A stretch of 64,000 bases of DNA from an uncultured Gemmatimonadaceae bacterium (GCA_963761305.1 CAVXGK010000002.1:3232001-3296000), one strand, 5' to 3'; counted from the stretch's first letter, positions 50,426-61,281 are shown. Numbers and translations are program-made. Notes: generated by a model not told the origin, from the sequence alone.

Positions 50426-52090
50426 TTGCGAGCGTGTGAACGCGGAGCGGTAAAGTTGCGAGCATTCGAAACCAATTCCGGCAATTCGCGACCGGTTACT
50501 TCGAGCGGTTCAGCGCGGCCTGCGGGTGAGCGCGCGGTCCCGCCCACGCACGTCGTGCAGTTCTGCGACGACGATCGGGCGCTGACGGCCTCCGCGGCGA
50601 GCTTTCTCGCCGAGGGAATCGCGGCTGGAGAGCCGGCGGTGGCGTTCGCTACACCGGCGCGTCGCGAAGCGATGCGTGACTGTCTTCGTGACCGCGGGCT
50701 CGACGTCAACTATCTCGAGCGACAGTCGCGTCTGACCGTCCTCGACGCGCGTGCGACGCTGGCGACCTTCATGTGCGACGACATGCCCGACGCGCACAAG
50801 TTCAGCCACTCGGTCGGCGCCGCCATCGAAAGGCTGTGCGCCGCGAACGCCGGCAGCCCCATTCGCGCGTTCGGCGAGATGGTCAGCCTTCTCTGGCAGG
50901 ACGGGAACACGCGCGCCGCCGTTCGGCTCGAGGAGCTGTGGAACGACCTGGCGGCGATTCTTCCGATCTCACTGCTTTGCAGCTACGCGGGCGGCGAATT
51001 CCTGACGGCGACAGGCGACGAGGACCGCGAGCGCATCTGTCGGCTCCACACACATATCCTCGACACCGGCTCGCAGTTGGTAGCCGATTCGACGCTTCCG
51101 GCCTATCGCTCGCTCACCGCGCGAACTCTGGCGCTCGAAAAGCAGTTGGAAGACCGTACGGCACTCGAGGCACGGCTCAAAGATGCGCTCGCCGCGCGGA
51201 AGGTCGCCGAGGAGGAGCTGCAGCGCGCCGCCGTCGAACGCGAACGGCTCCTTCAGCGAGAGCGCGAAGCGCGCGCCGAAGCGGAATCGGCCAATCGCGC
51301 GAAAGCGGAGTTCCTCTCGGTGATGAGCCACGAGTTGCGCACGCCCCTCAACGCGATCGGCGGTCACGTGCAGCTCATCGAGCTCGAGCTCCATGGACCG
51401 GTGACCTCGGCGCAGCGCGACGCCTTGACGCGCATCGCGAAGAGTCAGCGGCATCTCCTCATGCTCGTGAACGATGTGCTCAACCTGGCGCGCATCGAGA
51501 CGGGGCAGATGGAATACGCCGTCGAAGAGCTCGATCTTGAGACGGCGGCGCGACAGGTCGTGGGTGCGATGCAGCCCCTCTTCGAGCGCAGCGAGCTGAC
51601 CTGTCACGTGCAGCCTGCGTCAGCCGACGTCGCGCCGCTGGTCGTCTCGGCCGATGGCGAAAAAGTGCGGCAGATTCTGATCAACCTGCTCACCAACGCC
51701 ATCAAGTTCACCCGGTCAGGCGGCTGTGTGACGGTCAGCGTCGGACCATCGCCCAGGAACCCGAGTCACGTCGCCGTGACCGTCAGCGACACCGGCCTCG
51801 GGATCGCGCTGGTGCGACTACGTCATGTCTTCGAGCCGTTCGGACAAGAGCCGCGCTCGACGACGCATCATCTCGACGGCACGGGCCTCAGCCTCGCGAT
51901 CAGCCGCGATCTCGCCCGCGGCATGGGCGGCGAGTTGTCGGCCGAGAGCGTGCCGGGCGAGGGCTCGACGTTCATCTTCGATTTGCCGCGCGCCGTCGCC
52001 GCGCCGATCGTTGCCGATCCGCCGGTCTCCACACGAACGCGTCGTGCGGCTCCGGAAGGCGATTCCGTTCAGCCCGCGGCGAAGTCGTAA
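50426..52090 (+). CDS. Soluble sensor histidine kinase with MEDS domain
   Basis: HVVQF..IRAFGEMV..LEELWN..LLCSY (MEDS); SHELRTPLNAI; NLLTNAIKFT; DTGLGI; PGEGSTF; start codon uncertain. Confidence 0.9.
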   Translation: MRACERGAVKLRAFETNSGNSRPVTSSGSARPAGERAVPPTHVVQFCDDDRALTASAASFLAEGIAAGEPAVAFATPARREAMRDCLRDRGLDVNYLERQSRLTVLDARATLATFMCDDMPDAHKFSHSVGAAIERLCAANAGSPIRAFGEMVSLLWQDGNTRAAVRLEELWNDLAAILPISLLCSYAGGEFLTATGDEDRERICRLHTHILDTGSQLVADSTLPAYRSLTARTLALEKQLEDRTALEARLKDALAARKVAEEELQRAAVERERLLQREREARAEAESANRAKAEFLSVMSHELRTPLNAIGGHVQLIELELHGPVTSAQRDALTRIAKSQRHLLMLVNDVLNLARIETGQMEYAVEELDLETAARQVVGAMQPLFERSELTCHVQPASADVAPLVVSADGEKVRQILINLLTNAIKFTRSGGCVTVSVGPSPRNPSHVAVTVSDTGLGIALVRLRHVFEPFGQEPRSTTHHLDGTGLSLAISRDLARGMGGELSAESVPGEGSTFIFDLPRAVAAPIVADPPVSTRTRRAAPEGDSVQPAAKS

Positions 52091-52473
52091 TCGAATTCGT
52101 ACGAGTGCTTCTTGCCTTCGATGATGATCGCGAACTTGCCCGACAGTCCGGAGAGAGCGCCCGTGCCCGTCTCCGGCACGACGTGAATCGCGAGGCTGTT
52201 GACGCCGCGGTGCATCGTGGCCGTGTGCTGAAGCACGAACGAACCCTCGCGGCCCGCAAGCGCGCCGGTCACGCGCTCCATGGCGACGTAGCCCGCTGAG
52301 CCCTTCGCCGGAGATCCCGCGCTCAGCATGAGGCCGCGGCTGATGCCCGCGAGATCTCCGCTGAACTGTTTGTCGAACGAAAAGCGTCCGAGCGGATTCC
52401 CACTCCCGTCGTCGTCCTGGGGCTCCACCGCCATCTTGACCTCGAACGTTCCAATCGCACGCGGCACGATCAC
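52069..52473 (-). CDS. DUF3224 family protein
   Basis: GTFEVK, DKQFSGDL, GSAGYVAME, GSFVLQH, HSYEFDY. Confidence 0.88.
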   Translation of the reverse strand: MIVPRAIGTFEVKMAVEPQDDDGSGNPLGRFSFDKQFSGDLAGISRGLMLSAGSPAKGSAGYVAMERVTGALAGREGSFVLQHTATMHRGVNSLAIHVVPETGTGALSGLSGKFAIIIEGKKHSYEFDYDFAAG

Positions 52474-54689
52474 TCTCCCGGGTGGTAGACGCGCTCGGTG
52501 TGAGCCTTGAGCTGCGACGAATAGAAGTAGACTTCGCGCAAATCGCCGCTCGCGTAACGCGTGGCCTCGTCGTCGAAATGCTTCGACTTTGTGTCGCCGC
52601 TCTCACCGCCGGCCGTCACGGCGCGGGCGCGGATGCTGTCGCCGAATTCGATGACCGCGACGAAGCTGTTGCCGCTCGTGCCATACCACTTCTTGGTGTT
52701 CGGATAGGCGCGCGCGCCGAACGACGCGAGTGTGCCCCACCGCGCCGACGCGAAGGGAACCGGAATGCTCGGACCGGCGTCGGTGAATTGCGGGTTGATG
52801 TCGTCGGTGATGCGCTGGAAGCGATTGATGTCGCCCCACGGCGTCTTCCACGTGCCGAAGTCGGAGGCGAGCTTGTCGCTCGCCGCGGCGAGTGACAGCA
52901 ACAGCGTCTCCGCCGGCGCCGCGGCGACTTGATCCTCGGGCTGTCCGCCGCCACCGCTACCGCCACCACGACGGCCGCGGCTCACGCGACGCGTGACGTC
53001 CTCACCGAAGAAGACGGCGAGCGACGTCGCGACGGAATTCGCGCCCCAGCGATAGTCCCACGGACGCAGCACGGCGATCTGGTCGGCCAGCTTCGCCTTG
53101 AGCGGATCGGACGCCGGCGCGGCGTCGTACGCCTTGATGAGCGGCGGAATCATTCGCTCGAACGACGGCATGTAGCTGTCGAACGCGACCGTCGTGAGCA
53201 GGTTGTTCATCGTGAAATCCTTGCGGCCCGGCAGCACCTTGAGGGCGTGATATCCCCGCGGCGCCTCGGCGCGGCCCATCTCGACGTAGGCCGGGAAGTC
53301 CGATTGCTTGGGGCTCGACGGTCCCGCCGCGGACCACGGCCAGTTGTTGCTGTTGAAGATCCAGCCACTCGCCGGGTTGAGCAGGTGCGGCGTCTCGTCG
53401 ACGGAGAGGAGACCCTTGTAATCGGTCGCCGGATCGCTGCCGTCGACGGGCTTCGTCCAGTCGAATTTCGGATCGCGCTTCGGGATGTAGTTGCCGTGGA
53501 AGTACGCGATGTCACCCTGCGTGCTGGCGAAGATCGTGTTGTTCGACGAGTTCGTGTGCAGCTCGAGCGACTGGCGGAACGACTTGTAGTCGGTCGCCTT
53601 CGTGCGGGTGTAAGACTGCGTGAGCGCTTTTATCGGCTCGTTCATCAGGCTGATCGAGACCCACTTTCCGTTCAACTCGCGCACCACCGGACCGTGTTGC
53701 GTGCGATAGACGGTGAACTCCTTGTTCGCCATGCCCCCCCCCGACGCCGTCTTGTAGGGCACGTTGATCTTCCACGATGCGACCGGCAGCTCCTGGTCGC
53801 CGTGCTTGTAGACGTAGCCGTCGCCCTTCTTCGTGACCGTCTCGAGGAAATCGTCGATCGCGTCCACGCCGCTCGACGTGTGCATCCATCCGACGTGCGG
53901 ATTGAATCCCTGGTAGACGAAGATCTGACCCCACGTGACCGCTCCGTAGGCGTTCAGCCCTTCGTCGCTCGACACCTGCACTTCCGACCGGAAGAAGAAT
54001 GACGTGTGCGGGTTGATCAGCAGCAGCGCGTGATGGTTGACGGTATTCGCCGGCGAAATGGCGATGCCGTTCGATCCGCTCGGTTCCTTGTACAACTCCT
54101 CGTCGTCATCGGCGCTGCCGCTCCCCGACGTGTTCGCCGACGCGTGACCACCGTAGAACGCCTCGAGCTCCTGGAGGTTCACCTTCTCGACGTCGCCGCC
54201 GATGCTGCCTTCGGTGAACGAGAGCGCCATCCACGGCTCAAAATGCTTGATGACGCGCGGCGTGACGCCGGGATGCGTCGCCAGATAGTAGTTGAGTCCG
54301 TCCGCATACGCGTTCATCAACTTCTTCAACCACTCCGGACTCTTGCCGTAGAGCGCCTTGAGTGTGTCGGCGTTGATGAAGAGCTTCATGCGCAGATCGC
54401 GATAGACCTGCGTTTCGCCTTCCGCCTCGGCGAGCCGGCCCATCGCGTTGAGGTAGTTGGTTTCGACGCGGTTGAAGTCGTCCTCGGCTTGCGCGTACTC
54501 GAGCCCGAACACGGCGTCCGCGTCGGTCTTGCCGTGGATGTGCGCGATGCCCCAATCGTCGCGCGTGATCGTGACGTTCTGCGCTTCGTGCTTCCACGCG
54601 GCCAGCTCGGCGGCGGTCGGCTGCTGCGCGGCGCTCGACACGGCGAGCGTGGGAACGGCGGCGGCGATGAGGATGAGCACCTTCTTCAT
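52470..54689 (-). CDS. Penicillin/AHL/GL-7-ACA acylase family Ntn hydrolase
   Basis: Signal peptide, TRDDWGIAHIHG, YAQAED, G-SNG beta-subunit N-terminal Ser, LLINPH, HGPV. Confidence 0.92.
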   Translation of the reverse strand: MKKVLILIAAAVPTLAVSSAAQQPTAAELAAWKHEAQNVTITRDDWGIAHIHGKTDADAVFGLEYAQAEDDFNRVETNYLNAMGRLAEAEGETQVYRDLRMKLFINADTLKALYGKSPEWLKKLMNAYADGLNYYLATHPGVTPRVIKHFEPWMALSFTEGSIGGDVEKVNLQELEAFYGGHASANTSGSGSADDDEELYKEPSGSNGIAISPANTVNHHALLLINPHTSFFFRSEVQVSSDEGLNAYGAVTWGQIFVYQGFNPHVGWMHTSSGVDAIDDFLETVTKKGDGYVYKHGDQELPVASWKINVPYKTASGGGMANKEFTVYRTQHGPVVRELNGKWVSISLMNEPIKALTQSYTRTKATDYKSFRQSLELHTNSSNNTIFASTQGDIAYFHGNYIPKRDPKFDWTKPVDGSDPATDYKGLLSVDETPHLLNPASGWIFNSNNWPWSAAGPSSPKQSDFPAYVEMGRAEAPRGYHALKVLPGRKDFTMNNLLTTVAFDSYMPSFERMIPPLIKAYDAAPASDPLKAKLADQIAVLRPWDYRWGANSVATSLAVFFGEDVTRRVSRGRRGGGSGGGGQPEDQVAAAPAETLLLSLAAASDKLASDFGTWKTPWGDINRFQRITDDINPQFTDAGPSIPVPFASARWGTLASFGARAYPNTKKWYGTSGNSFVAVIEFGDSIRARAVTAGGESGDTKSKHFDDEATRYASGDLREVYFYSSQLKAHTERVYHPGE

Positions 54690-54879
54690 GGCGGGTCCTG
54701 TCTGTCTCTTATGGTATGGAAGCTGTCGCGGTCCGCGTCGCCGCGGCCGTGTCGGAGTGGCTTTTGGGTAGGGGAAACGCTACGCGGCGAGCGGTGGAAT
54801 TGCCAGAACGCCGGGGGCTGCCTCTCAGTGGATGCCCGAGTTGGGCTCGCCGCCGAGGTCGGCATCGATGGCCCGCGCG

Positions 54880-55380
54880 TCACTTCGCGGCACGATCTCG
54901 AACTTCCTCGGACGTCAGCCCATAGATCGGCGGCGTCGGAACGCCGCGCAGACCGAGCATCATGTAAATCTGGCCGCGGTGGTGTGCCTCGTGCTCGAGC
55001 ATCGCGCGCAGCCACTTCCAGAGCGTGATCGACGTACCGGCGGGAGTCGCGACGCGCTGTTGGTAGGCTTCAGCGCTCAACGACTCGAAGATCTCGCGCG
55101 ATTCGCGATGCAGTCGTGCGTAGTAGTCGAGCACCGCGTCGTAACCGTCGGCGAGCTCGCGCTCGTGTCCGGGATATCGATTCGGCCGCCCCGCCGCCGC
55201 TTCCGCGTACATGTACCGTTCGACGCCGGCGAGATGGCGGATCATGTCACCGAAGGAGAAGCGTCCCGGGCCCGGCGTCCAGTCGAGATCGGCCCGCGGG
55301 ATGCACGCGATCACGCGCTCGGTCCGTTCGTGCATTCGCGCGTGGTAGTCGACGAAGACCTTCGGGTCGCGGATCTCCAT
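54880..55380 (-). CDS. DinB family protein
   Basis: SFGDMIRHL..E and EHEAHHRGQ metal-binding His motifs. Confidence 0.88.
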   Translation of the reverse strand: MEIRDPKVFVDYHARMHERTERVIACIPRADLDWTPGPGRFSFGDMIRHLAGVERYMYAEAAAGRPNRYPGHERELADGYDAVLDYYARLHRESREIFESLSAEAYQQRVATPAGTSITLWKWLRAMLEHEAHHRGQIYMMLGLRGVPTPPIYGLTSEEVRDRAAK

Positions 55381-55431
55381 GCCTGGGGCAATCTAGGCGC
55401 GTACCAAGCCGTCGGCCCGAGCCCACGCGAG

Positions 55432-55887
55432 TCACTCGGCTTCGTCGCGCGCCGCGTCGAGCTGATCCTCGAAGCGCGTGAGCTCTTCGGGCGTCAACAG
55501 CCTGCTCGCCACCCAATGGCTGAACGTGTCCGGAGTGGGCTCGTTGGGCGGGACTTCACCGCGCAGTACACGCTCGGCGAAGTCGCGCACCAAGGCGGCC
55601 TTCGCGATGTGCCAGAGCGAGACGGCGAACCCACGGGCGTTGAGCGGCTCGCGCCTCGGGGAACCACTCTCGCCGATGAGGCTCCGCAGGTAGGCCGCGA
55701 TGTGAACTTCGGTCGCGTCGGCCTCCACCATGCCGACGATCGTACCGGCGTGCGCCTCCAGCCACGGCTCGTCGCTCGGGTCGAACCGCTCGAAAAAATG
55801 GGCGAGCACGCGCCGCATCGTAGGAATCGGCGACTCGCCCCGGTCGACCCAATTGGCGGCTTTCTTATAGATGATCGTCGGTGGCAC
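55432..55887 (-). CDS. Hypothetical protein
   Basis: 151-aa ORF with balanced globular composition filling the gap between neighbours; no family recognised. Confidence 0.65.
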   Translation of the reverse strand: MPPTIIYKKAANWVDRGESPIPTMRRVLAHFFERFDPSDEPWLEAHAGTIVGMVEADATEVHIAAYLRSLIGESGSPRREPLNARGFAVSLWHIAKAALVRDFAERVLRGEVPPNEPTPDTFSHWVASRLLTPEELTRFEDQLDAARDEAE

Positions 55888-55955
55888 TGGCCGTTTCGAT
55901 CGCTGGTTGATGGGATCTCCACAAGGGAAATCTTACAACCACGCGAGGTCGGCCG

Positions 55956-56531
55956 TCACCGGCCGCCGAGTCGCAGCTTCAAGCCGACCATCAGAAAAGC
56001 GTCGTGGACGTTCCACTTGTCGCCCCCGCCCTTGCTGACGAAATCGGTGAGCTCTCCGGCCACACCGACTGACCCGAGCATCACGTCGGCGCCAAGTCCG
56101 CCGTGCAAACCGAAGGCGTTGGTGTTGCCGCCGGTGAAGACGCTGGCGTCGTCGTCGTAGCGATAGAATTTCTCGCCCGCGCCGGCGATCACATACGGCT
56201 GCACGAACACCCTCGGCAGCGGCCGCAGAACGAGATCGGCCGTCGTCGCCAGCATCGACCCTTTGCCGATCGTCTGGCGGCTCGCGTTCTGGATCGTCGT
56301 GCCCGAGGCGTACGCCAGCGTCCCGCGAAGCATGCCGACATCGACGTCGGCGCCGAGTGAGAGGATGCCGTCGCGATTTCTGGCCAGCGTTTGCGCCCCG
56401 CTCGAAACCCGATGGATGTCGCTCGCCGCGATGTAGCCGCCGGCCATCGGAGTGATCGTCACCTGCGATACGGCAATCGGCGCGACGACTGCGACCAACG
56501 CGGCGCCCGAAATGAGTGCGCGAACGTGCAT
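55956..56531 (-). CDS. Small outer-membrane beta-barrel protein
   Basis: Signal peptide, RBS GGAGG, ITPMAGGY, QPYVIAGAG, alternating beta strands, VGLKLRL end. Confidence 0.75.
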   Translation of the reverse strand: MHVRALISGAALVAVVAPIAVSQVTITPMAGGYIAASDIHRVSSGAQTLARNRDGILSLGADVDVGMLRGTLAYASGTTIQNASRQTIGKGSMLATTADLVLRPLPRVFVQPYVIAGAGEKFYRYDDDASVFTGGNTNAFGLHGGLGADVMLGSVGVAGELTDFVSKGGGDKWNVHDAFLMVGLKLRLGGR

Positions 56532-56692
56532 GCTGCCTCCTGCGTGATGCGTGAGGACAACCCGGCCTCCGCCCATGGGCGGGACAACCCAGATCGGTAC
56601 CCGACACGCATTGGATGGGTTCTCTCGTCAGTCGGCACCATGCGAAATCGAGGCCCCGAGGACGCACCCGTGTAACAAACGCCAGTCTTCGG

Positions 56693-59587
56693 CTAGAACC
56701 CGAACTTCACGCCGACGATGAAGCTCCGCCCGTACACCTCGCGCTGAATGTCGTGCACGGATCCGGGCGTGCCATTGAAAAATCCGAATACGGCGTTGTT
56801 GAGATCGAGTCCCTGAATCTGAAGCTGCGCCCCGCGACTCACGTTGATCCCCACTGACGCATCGAGCTGCGCGTGCGAATATAGGTACGTATCGCCGTTC
56901 GCCGTCGACGTTCCGTCGCCATACGAGTAGATGCTCTGTCCCTGGTACTGCCACGCGACGCGTGCCGACACGCGACCGAGGTCGTACGTGCCGGCGATGT
57001 TGGCGATGTTCTCGGACTGCCGCGGCAGCGGCGCGTACCGAACGGTCGGATGTCCGAGGGTCGTCGCGCTCGAGGCGGTGTCGGACAGCAATTGCGCCCG
57101 GCTGTCGGCGTGCGTCCAGTTGACGTCGAATCCGAGACCCGCCAGGTAGCCCGGAAGCATGTACAACCGCTGCGTGTAGCTCGCCTCGGTGCCGAGCAGC
57201 ATCGCGTTGCCGCCGTTCTCGGGCTCCGTGCCCAGATAGCCGTCGAAATCGGTGACCGGACCGTTGTAGACGAAATCGCGGTCGTAGATGAAGCCGCTGA
57301 TCTGCTTGTAGAAGATGCCGCCGGAGATCAAGCCAGACGCGGTGAGATAGTGCTCGCCAAGCAGGTCGAAGTTCCACGCGCGCTGCGGCTTGAGATCCGG
57401 ATTGCCCGCCGACAGGTTGCCGAAGTCGGTCTTGCACGCCGCGCAGACGGTGCCGGTGAGGTGGGGCGCGAGGTCGATGTAGTTCGGCCGGGCGATGCCG
57501 CGCGTCACGGCGAACCGGATGTCGCTCCGGTCGTCGAGCGAGTACTTGACCTGCACGCTCGGGAAGAGGTCCAAATACGTCTGCGATCCCGGCGTCGTCG
57601 TCACCGACGTCGTGCCGCCGTCCGGCGTGTCCGCGACGTGTCCGGTGTAGGTCGAGTTCGTAAGCTCGGCGCGGATGCCGACGTTGACGTGCATCGCTCC
57701 GAAGTCAGAGGTCTGCATCGCGTAGGCGGAGCTGATCGTCTCGCCGCCGTTGTAGCTCGCCAACTGGTTGTCGACGACGTCCGTCTTGTTCTTGAACGCC
57801 CCGGGATTCGCGTTCTCATACGATTCGATCGCGCCGAAGCTCGCCTGCGGCCCCATCAGGAAGCCCGGCGAGATGGTCGTGTAGAAACTCGGGTCGCTAT
57901 AGCTCCCGACCACCTTGTCCATGGTGAGCGGCGAGATCGCGTTGAAGGTTGCGGCATTCGACACGAACGACTTCTCCTCGTACCGCAGCTTGAGCCCGAA
58001 CTGGAGCGTGCTCGCCGTCGTACCCATGCTATAGCGAGACGTGGCATCGAGGTGCGCGCCGATGTCGTGGCCGAGGGCGCTGCCGTCACTCAGTTTGTAC
58101 TTGGTGAGCGCGTAGTTCGCCGGGTTGAGCGCCGCGACCGAATCCGCAGGATTCACGAATCGATAACGCGGCGTGTTCGGGTCGGACATGTCGTAGTGCA
58201 GCGGCACGCCGTTGCCGTCCGGGCCGTCGTACTCGAAGTCATTCGTCCGATAGTTCTTTTCGAGCTGGCTCGTACCGGCGAAATCGACGCCGTACGACAG
58301 CGAGACAGGCACGGTCGGCGACTGACCGGTGAGCGACACGCCGTACATGCGCTCGTCCGGCGTGCGATGCGATACCTCGCGCACGAACGTCGCCCCGGGG
58401 GCGTATCCCGTCGCGCCGGTCGGGAGCGAGTCGTCACCGCCGCCCGCCGCGTCGAATCGGTAGCGCGTTCCGAAGTTGCGGAACGCGCTGTACAGGCCGC
58501 GAAACGCGAGCGTGCTGCCGCCGTCGAACCTGTAGTCGAAGGCGCCGGTGCCGCCGGCGCGCGTGCGCCCGTAGACGTAGTCGCGCTGATCCCATTCGAC
58601 GGGGAACGACCGCGAGCCGTCCACGCTCCACGCCGGCTCCACGTCCTCGATCGAACGATTGTTGCGGTCGAACGTAAAACCGAGCAGGGCGCCCACCTTC
58701 TGCTGCTCGCCGAAACGGCCACCGTACATCAGGCTCCACTGTCCCTGTCGCGCATCGAGCTGCGATTGTTGGCCGCCCTGCAGCGCGACGTACCCACGCG
58801 GTGGGCCCTCGGGAAGCTTCGTCACCATGTTGACCGAGCCGCCGATCGCGTCGGCGTCCATGTCGGCTCGCAACGTCTTGGACACCTCGAGTGCGCCCAG
58901 CAAATCGGACGGAACGTCGTCGAGTTTCGGAACGCGATCGGTGTCCTCGGTGCCGGGGACGTGCGCGCCGTTGATCGTCACGTTGGAGAGGCGCGGCTCG
59001 GTGCCGCGGATCTGCACGAACTTTCCTTCACCCTCGTCGCGTTCCGTCGAGATGCCGGGCATGCGCGCGAGTGCCTCGGCCGCGTTCGCGTTGGGCAGCG
59101 AGCGAATCTCGTCTCCCGACTGGACGACCATGATGTTGTCGGCCTGATCCCGCTTCGCGAGCGCCGCTTCGCGCGTCTCGTTGAGCCGCGGCGACTCCTT
59201 GACGACGACGCCGGCCAGCACCGCGGCCGCGCTGCGCATCACGCGATCGGGCATCGTGACGACACTCGATCCGATCGTGACCGAGAACGTGTCCGACGCG
59301 AATCCAAGACGCCGCACACTGACCGTGTACGAACCGGACGCGATCGACTCGACGCGGTATCGTCCTCCGCCGTCCGTCACGCCGCCGTAGGGCGTGTTGT
59401 TGAGGTGGACGACGGCTCCGGCGACACCCGCGCCGAGCGAGTCGGTGAGGCGTCCGGCGAGAGCGCCTCTCGTGGGCGATTGCGCGCCGAGCCAGCACAT
59501 CGGCGCCAAGACGAGTGACGCAATGACCAGCCGTGCGTGCCGGCCGGGGGGCCGTACGCGAGCGATGAGAGCATTCTGATGTGGCAT
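56693..59587 (-). CDS. TonB-dependent receptor with N-terminal CarboxypepD-like domain
   Basis: LPNANAAEALARMPGIS, GEGKFVQIRG, DAIGGSVN plug, GNPDLKP, C-terminal Phe (VKFGF). Confidence 0.93.
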   Translation of the reverse strand: MPHQNALIARVRPPGRHARLVIASLVLAPMCWLGAQSPTRGALAGRLTDSLGAGVAGAVVHLNNTPYGGVTDGGGRYRVESIASGSYTVSVRRLGFASDTFSVTIGSSVVTMPDRVMRSAAAVLAGVVVKESPRLNETREAALAKRDQADNIMVVQSGDEIRSLPNANAAEALARMPGISTERDEGEGKFVQIRGTEPRLSNVTINGAHVPGTEDTDRVPKLDDVPSDLLGALEVSKTLRADMDADAIGGSVNMVTKLPEGPPRGYVALQGGQQSQLDARQGQWSLMYGGRFGEQQKVGALLGFTFDRNNRSIEDVEPAWSVDGSRSFPVEWDQRDYVYGRTRAGGTGAFDYRFDGGSTLAFRGLYSAFRNFGTRYRFDAAGGGDDSLPTGATGYAPGATFVREVSHRTPDERMYGVSLTGQSPTVPVSLSYGVDFAGTSQLEKNYRTNDFEYDGPDGNGVPLHYDMSDPNTPRYRFVNPADSVAALNPANYALTKYKLSDGSALGHDIGAHLDATSRYSMGTTASTLQFGLKLRYEEKSFVSNAATFNAISPLTMDKVVGSYSDPSFYTTISPGFLMGPQASFGAIESYENANPGAFKNKTDVVDNQLASYNGGETISSAYAMQTSDFGAMHVNVGIRAELTNSTYTGHVADTPDGGTTSVTTTPGSQTYLDLFPSVQVKYSLDDRSDIRFAVTRGIARPNYIDLAPHLTGTVCAACKTDFGNLSAGNPDLKPQRAWNFDLLGEHYLTASGLISGGIFYKQISGFIYDRDFVYNGPVTDFDGYLGTEPENGGNAMLLGTEASYTQRLYMLPGYLAGLGFDVNWTHADSRAQLLSDTASSATTLGHPTVRYAPLPRQSENIANIAGTYDLGRVSARVAWQYQGQSIYSYGDGTSTANGDTYLYSHAQLDASVGINVSRGAQLQIQGLDLNNAVFGFFNGTPGSVHDIQREVYGRSFIVGVKFGF

Positions 59588-59879
59588 CGGAGACTCGGAG
59601 GCAGGGTAGTGATACGTGCGGCCACTTCGCCGCCCTCCGAATAACCCGCCGTCTCCCCATCACTCGGCGATCAACGAGTCACGGTGCTGGAGTATCGGCG
59701 TCACGAACGGTGCGGTGCTTTGGCGGTGCCGCGATACGCCACCGAAACCCGATTATCAGGGCACCGACAGCTTGGGGTCACTCGTGCCTCTTCGCCGCGC
59801 CGCGATACACGACTGGCACCGGATTGTCAGGGCAGCGACAGCTCGCGCGTCAATCTCGTCTCGATGTGACTCCGTAGAA

Positions 59880-61052
59880 TCACGGATTGCCCGGCTTCGG
59901 GTCGTTGAGCGACACGCCGCTCGAGTGATAGGGCGCGAATCCCTTGCCCCAATCAACGCCGACGACTTCGATGTTGAATCGCTCGCCGTCCACGTGCACG
60001 ACGACGTAGTGGAACGGGTTCGCGCCCGGGTCGCTCGACGGCCGCGCGAGGTGTTCGAGCGACACCTTCAGCGCCGCGTTTTCGGCGATGTACGGCCGCA
60101 CATCCGGTTCGCCGCGATACGTGTAGAGCGGTGCGCCACCGCCGCCCGACACGATTTCGTCGATGCGATACGCACCGCTCGCGTCGCTATACCGCTCCAC
60201 CCAGTGCTCGAAAAGATGTTCGTGGCCCGTGAGCAGCAGCCGGACGTGATATTGGTGGAAGAGCGGCATCCATTTCGCGCGGATCGAGGCCGCCTGTCGC
60301 TCGAGCGTCGATCCGCCGTGCGGTCCGGACGAAAACGGCGGATGGTGGAAGAAGACGGCGACGTTCGGGTATCGCCGGCGGTCGACACCGGCAAGTTGCG
60401 ATCGCATCCAGGCGATTTGTGTCGTGTCGTCCGGAATGTCGGAGTCGACGGCGATGAAATAGGTATTGCCGTATCCGAATGCGTACGTCGGATAGCCCGC
60501 CAGCCGGCGCGGCGACCCTTCCGGCGGGATGAGCTTGGCGTTCGCCGCGAAATAGTTTCGCAGGCCGGCGACGCGCCGGGCATTCGTCAGATCGACAGCG
60601 TTGCCGACGTCGTGATTTCCAACGGCGAGGAAATACGGTACGTCGCCGTCCTGCATCAGCCGGTTGATCAGTGGCGCGTAGCTGACATTCGTCTGGGCGG
60701 CGATGCTCCCGTCCTGGATCGCGTCGCCGCTCTGCACGACGAAACGAATCGGGTCGGACGCGGCGGCCGCCTTCTTGATCGTCGACAGCATCGATTCGAC
60801 GACCAGCTGATGCTCGGCTTGCAGCTGGGTTCCGTCGTGGCGGCCGCGCGTGTCACCATACATGATGAACGAGAAGCGCGTCACGCTCGCCGTCGCGTTT
60901 TCGGAAGGGAACCGCGTTCGCGGCGGTACGAGTGCAGCGACGGAGTCCGACGGCGCGGGAACCTGACCGGCCAGAGCTCCAGCGAACACAGCCAGCGACG
61001 CGAGCGAAAGCGCGATGTGGCGAGATCTCAAAACGGAAGTCATCGTGACCAT
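59880..61052 (-). CDS. Secreted metallophosphoesterase (purple acid phosphatase-like)
   Basis: YGDTR, SGDAI, GNHD, FFHHPPF, GHEH motifs; signal peptide; start at 61052 or 61043. Confidence 0.88.
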   Translation of the reverse strand: MVTMTSVLRSRHIALSLASLAVFAGALAGQVPAPSDSVAALVPPRTRFPSENATASVTRFSFIMYGDTRGRHDGTQLQAEHQLVVESMLSTIKKAAAASDPIRFVVQSGDAIQDGSIAAQTNVSYAPLINRLMQDGDVPYFLAVGNHDVGNAVDLTNARRVAGLRNYFAANAKLIPPEGSPRRLAGYPTYAFGYGNTYFIAVDSDIPDDTTQIAWMRSQLAGVDRRRYPNVAVFFHHPPFSSGPHGGSTLERQAASIRAKWMPLFHQYHVRLLLTGHEHLFEHWVERYSDASGAYRIDEIVSGGGGAPLYTYRGEPDVRPYIAENAALKVSLEHLARPSSDPGANPFHYVVVHVDGERFNIEVVGVDWGKGFAPYHSSGVSLNDPKPGNP

Positions 61053-61281
61053 CGATGCGAAGGGATGAGGACGAAACGCGTGTCGCTCACTCTTGCGATC
61101 GATGGGCGTGCACGCGTCACGCGGTGGCAACACCCGCGTAACAGCGCCCCACCGCGGGATGCTCAGACCTTCTTGAGATCCCGATGGCGACGACCCGACG
61201 ACCGGGGTTCGACGCGTCGTGGCCACCGTGGCGTCATGGTTGCACTAGCACCGGCGCAGTTGGAACGTGCGAGGTGCTGCC

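Noticed and set aside
57050..59518. 822-aa plus-strand ORF
   Set aside because: Antisense shadow of the TonB-dependent receptor
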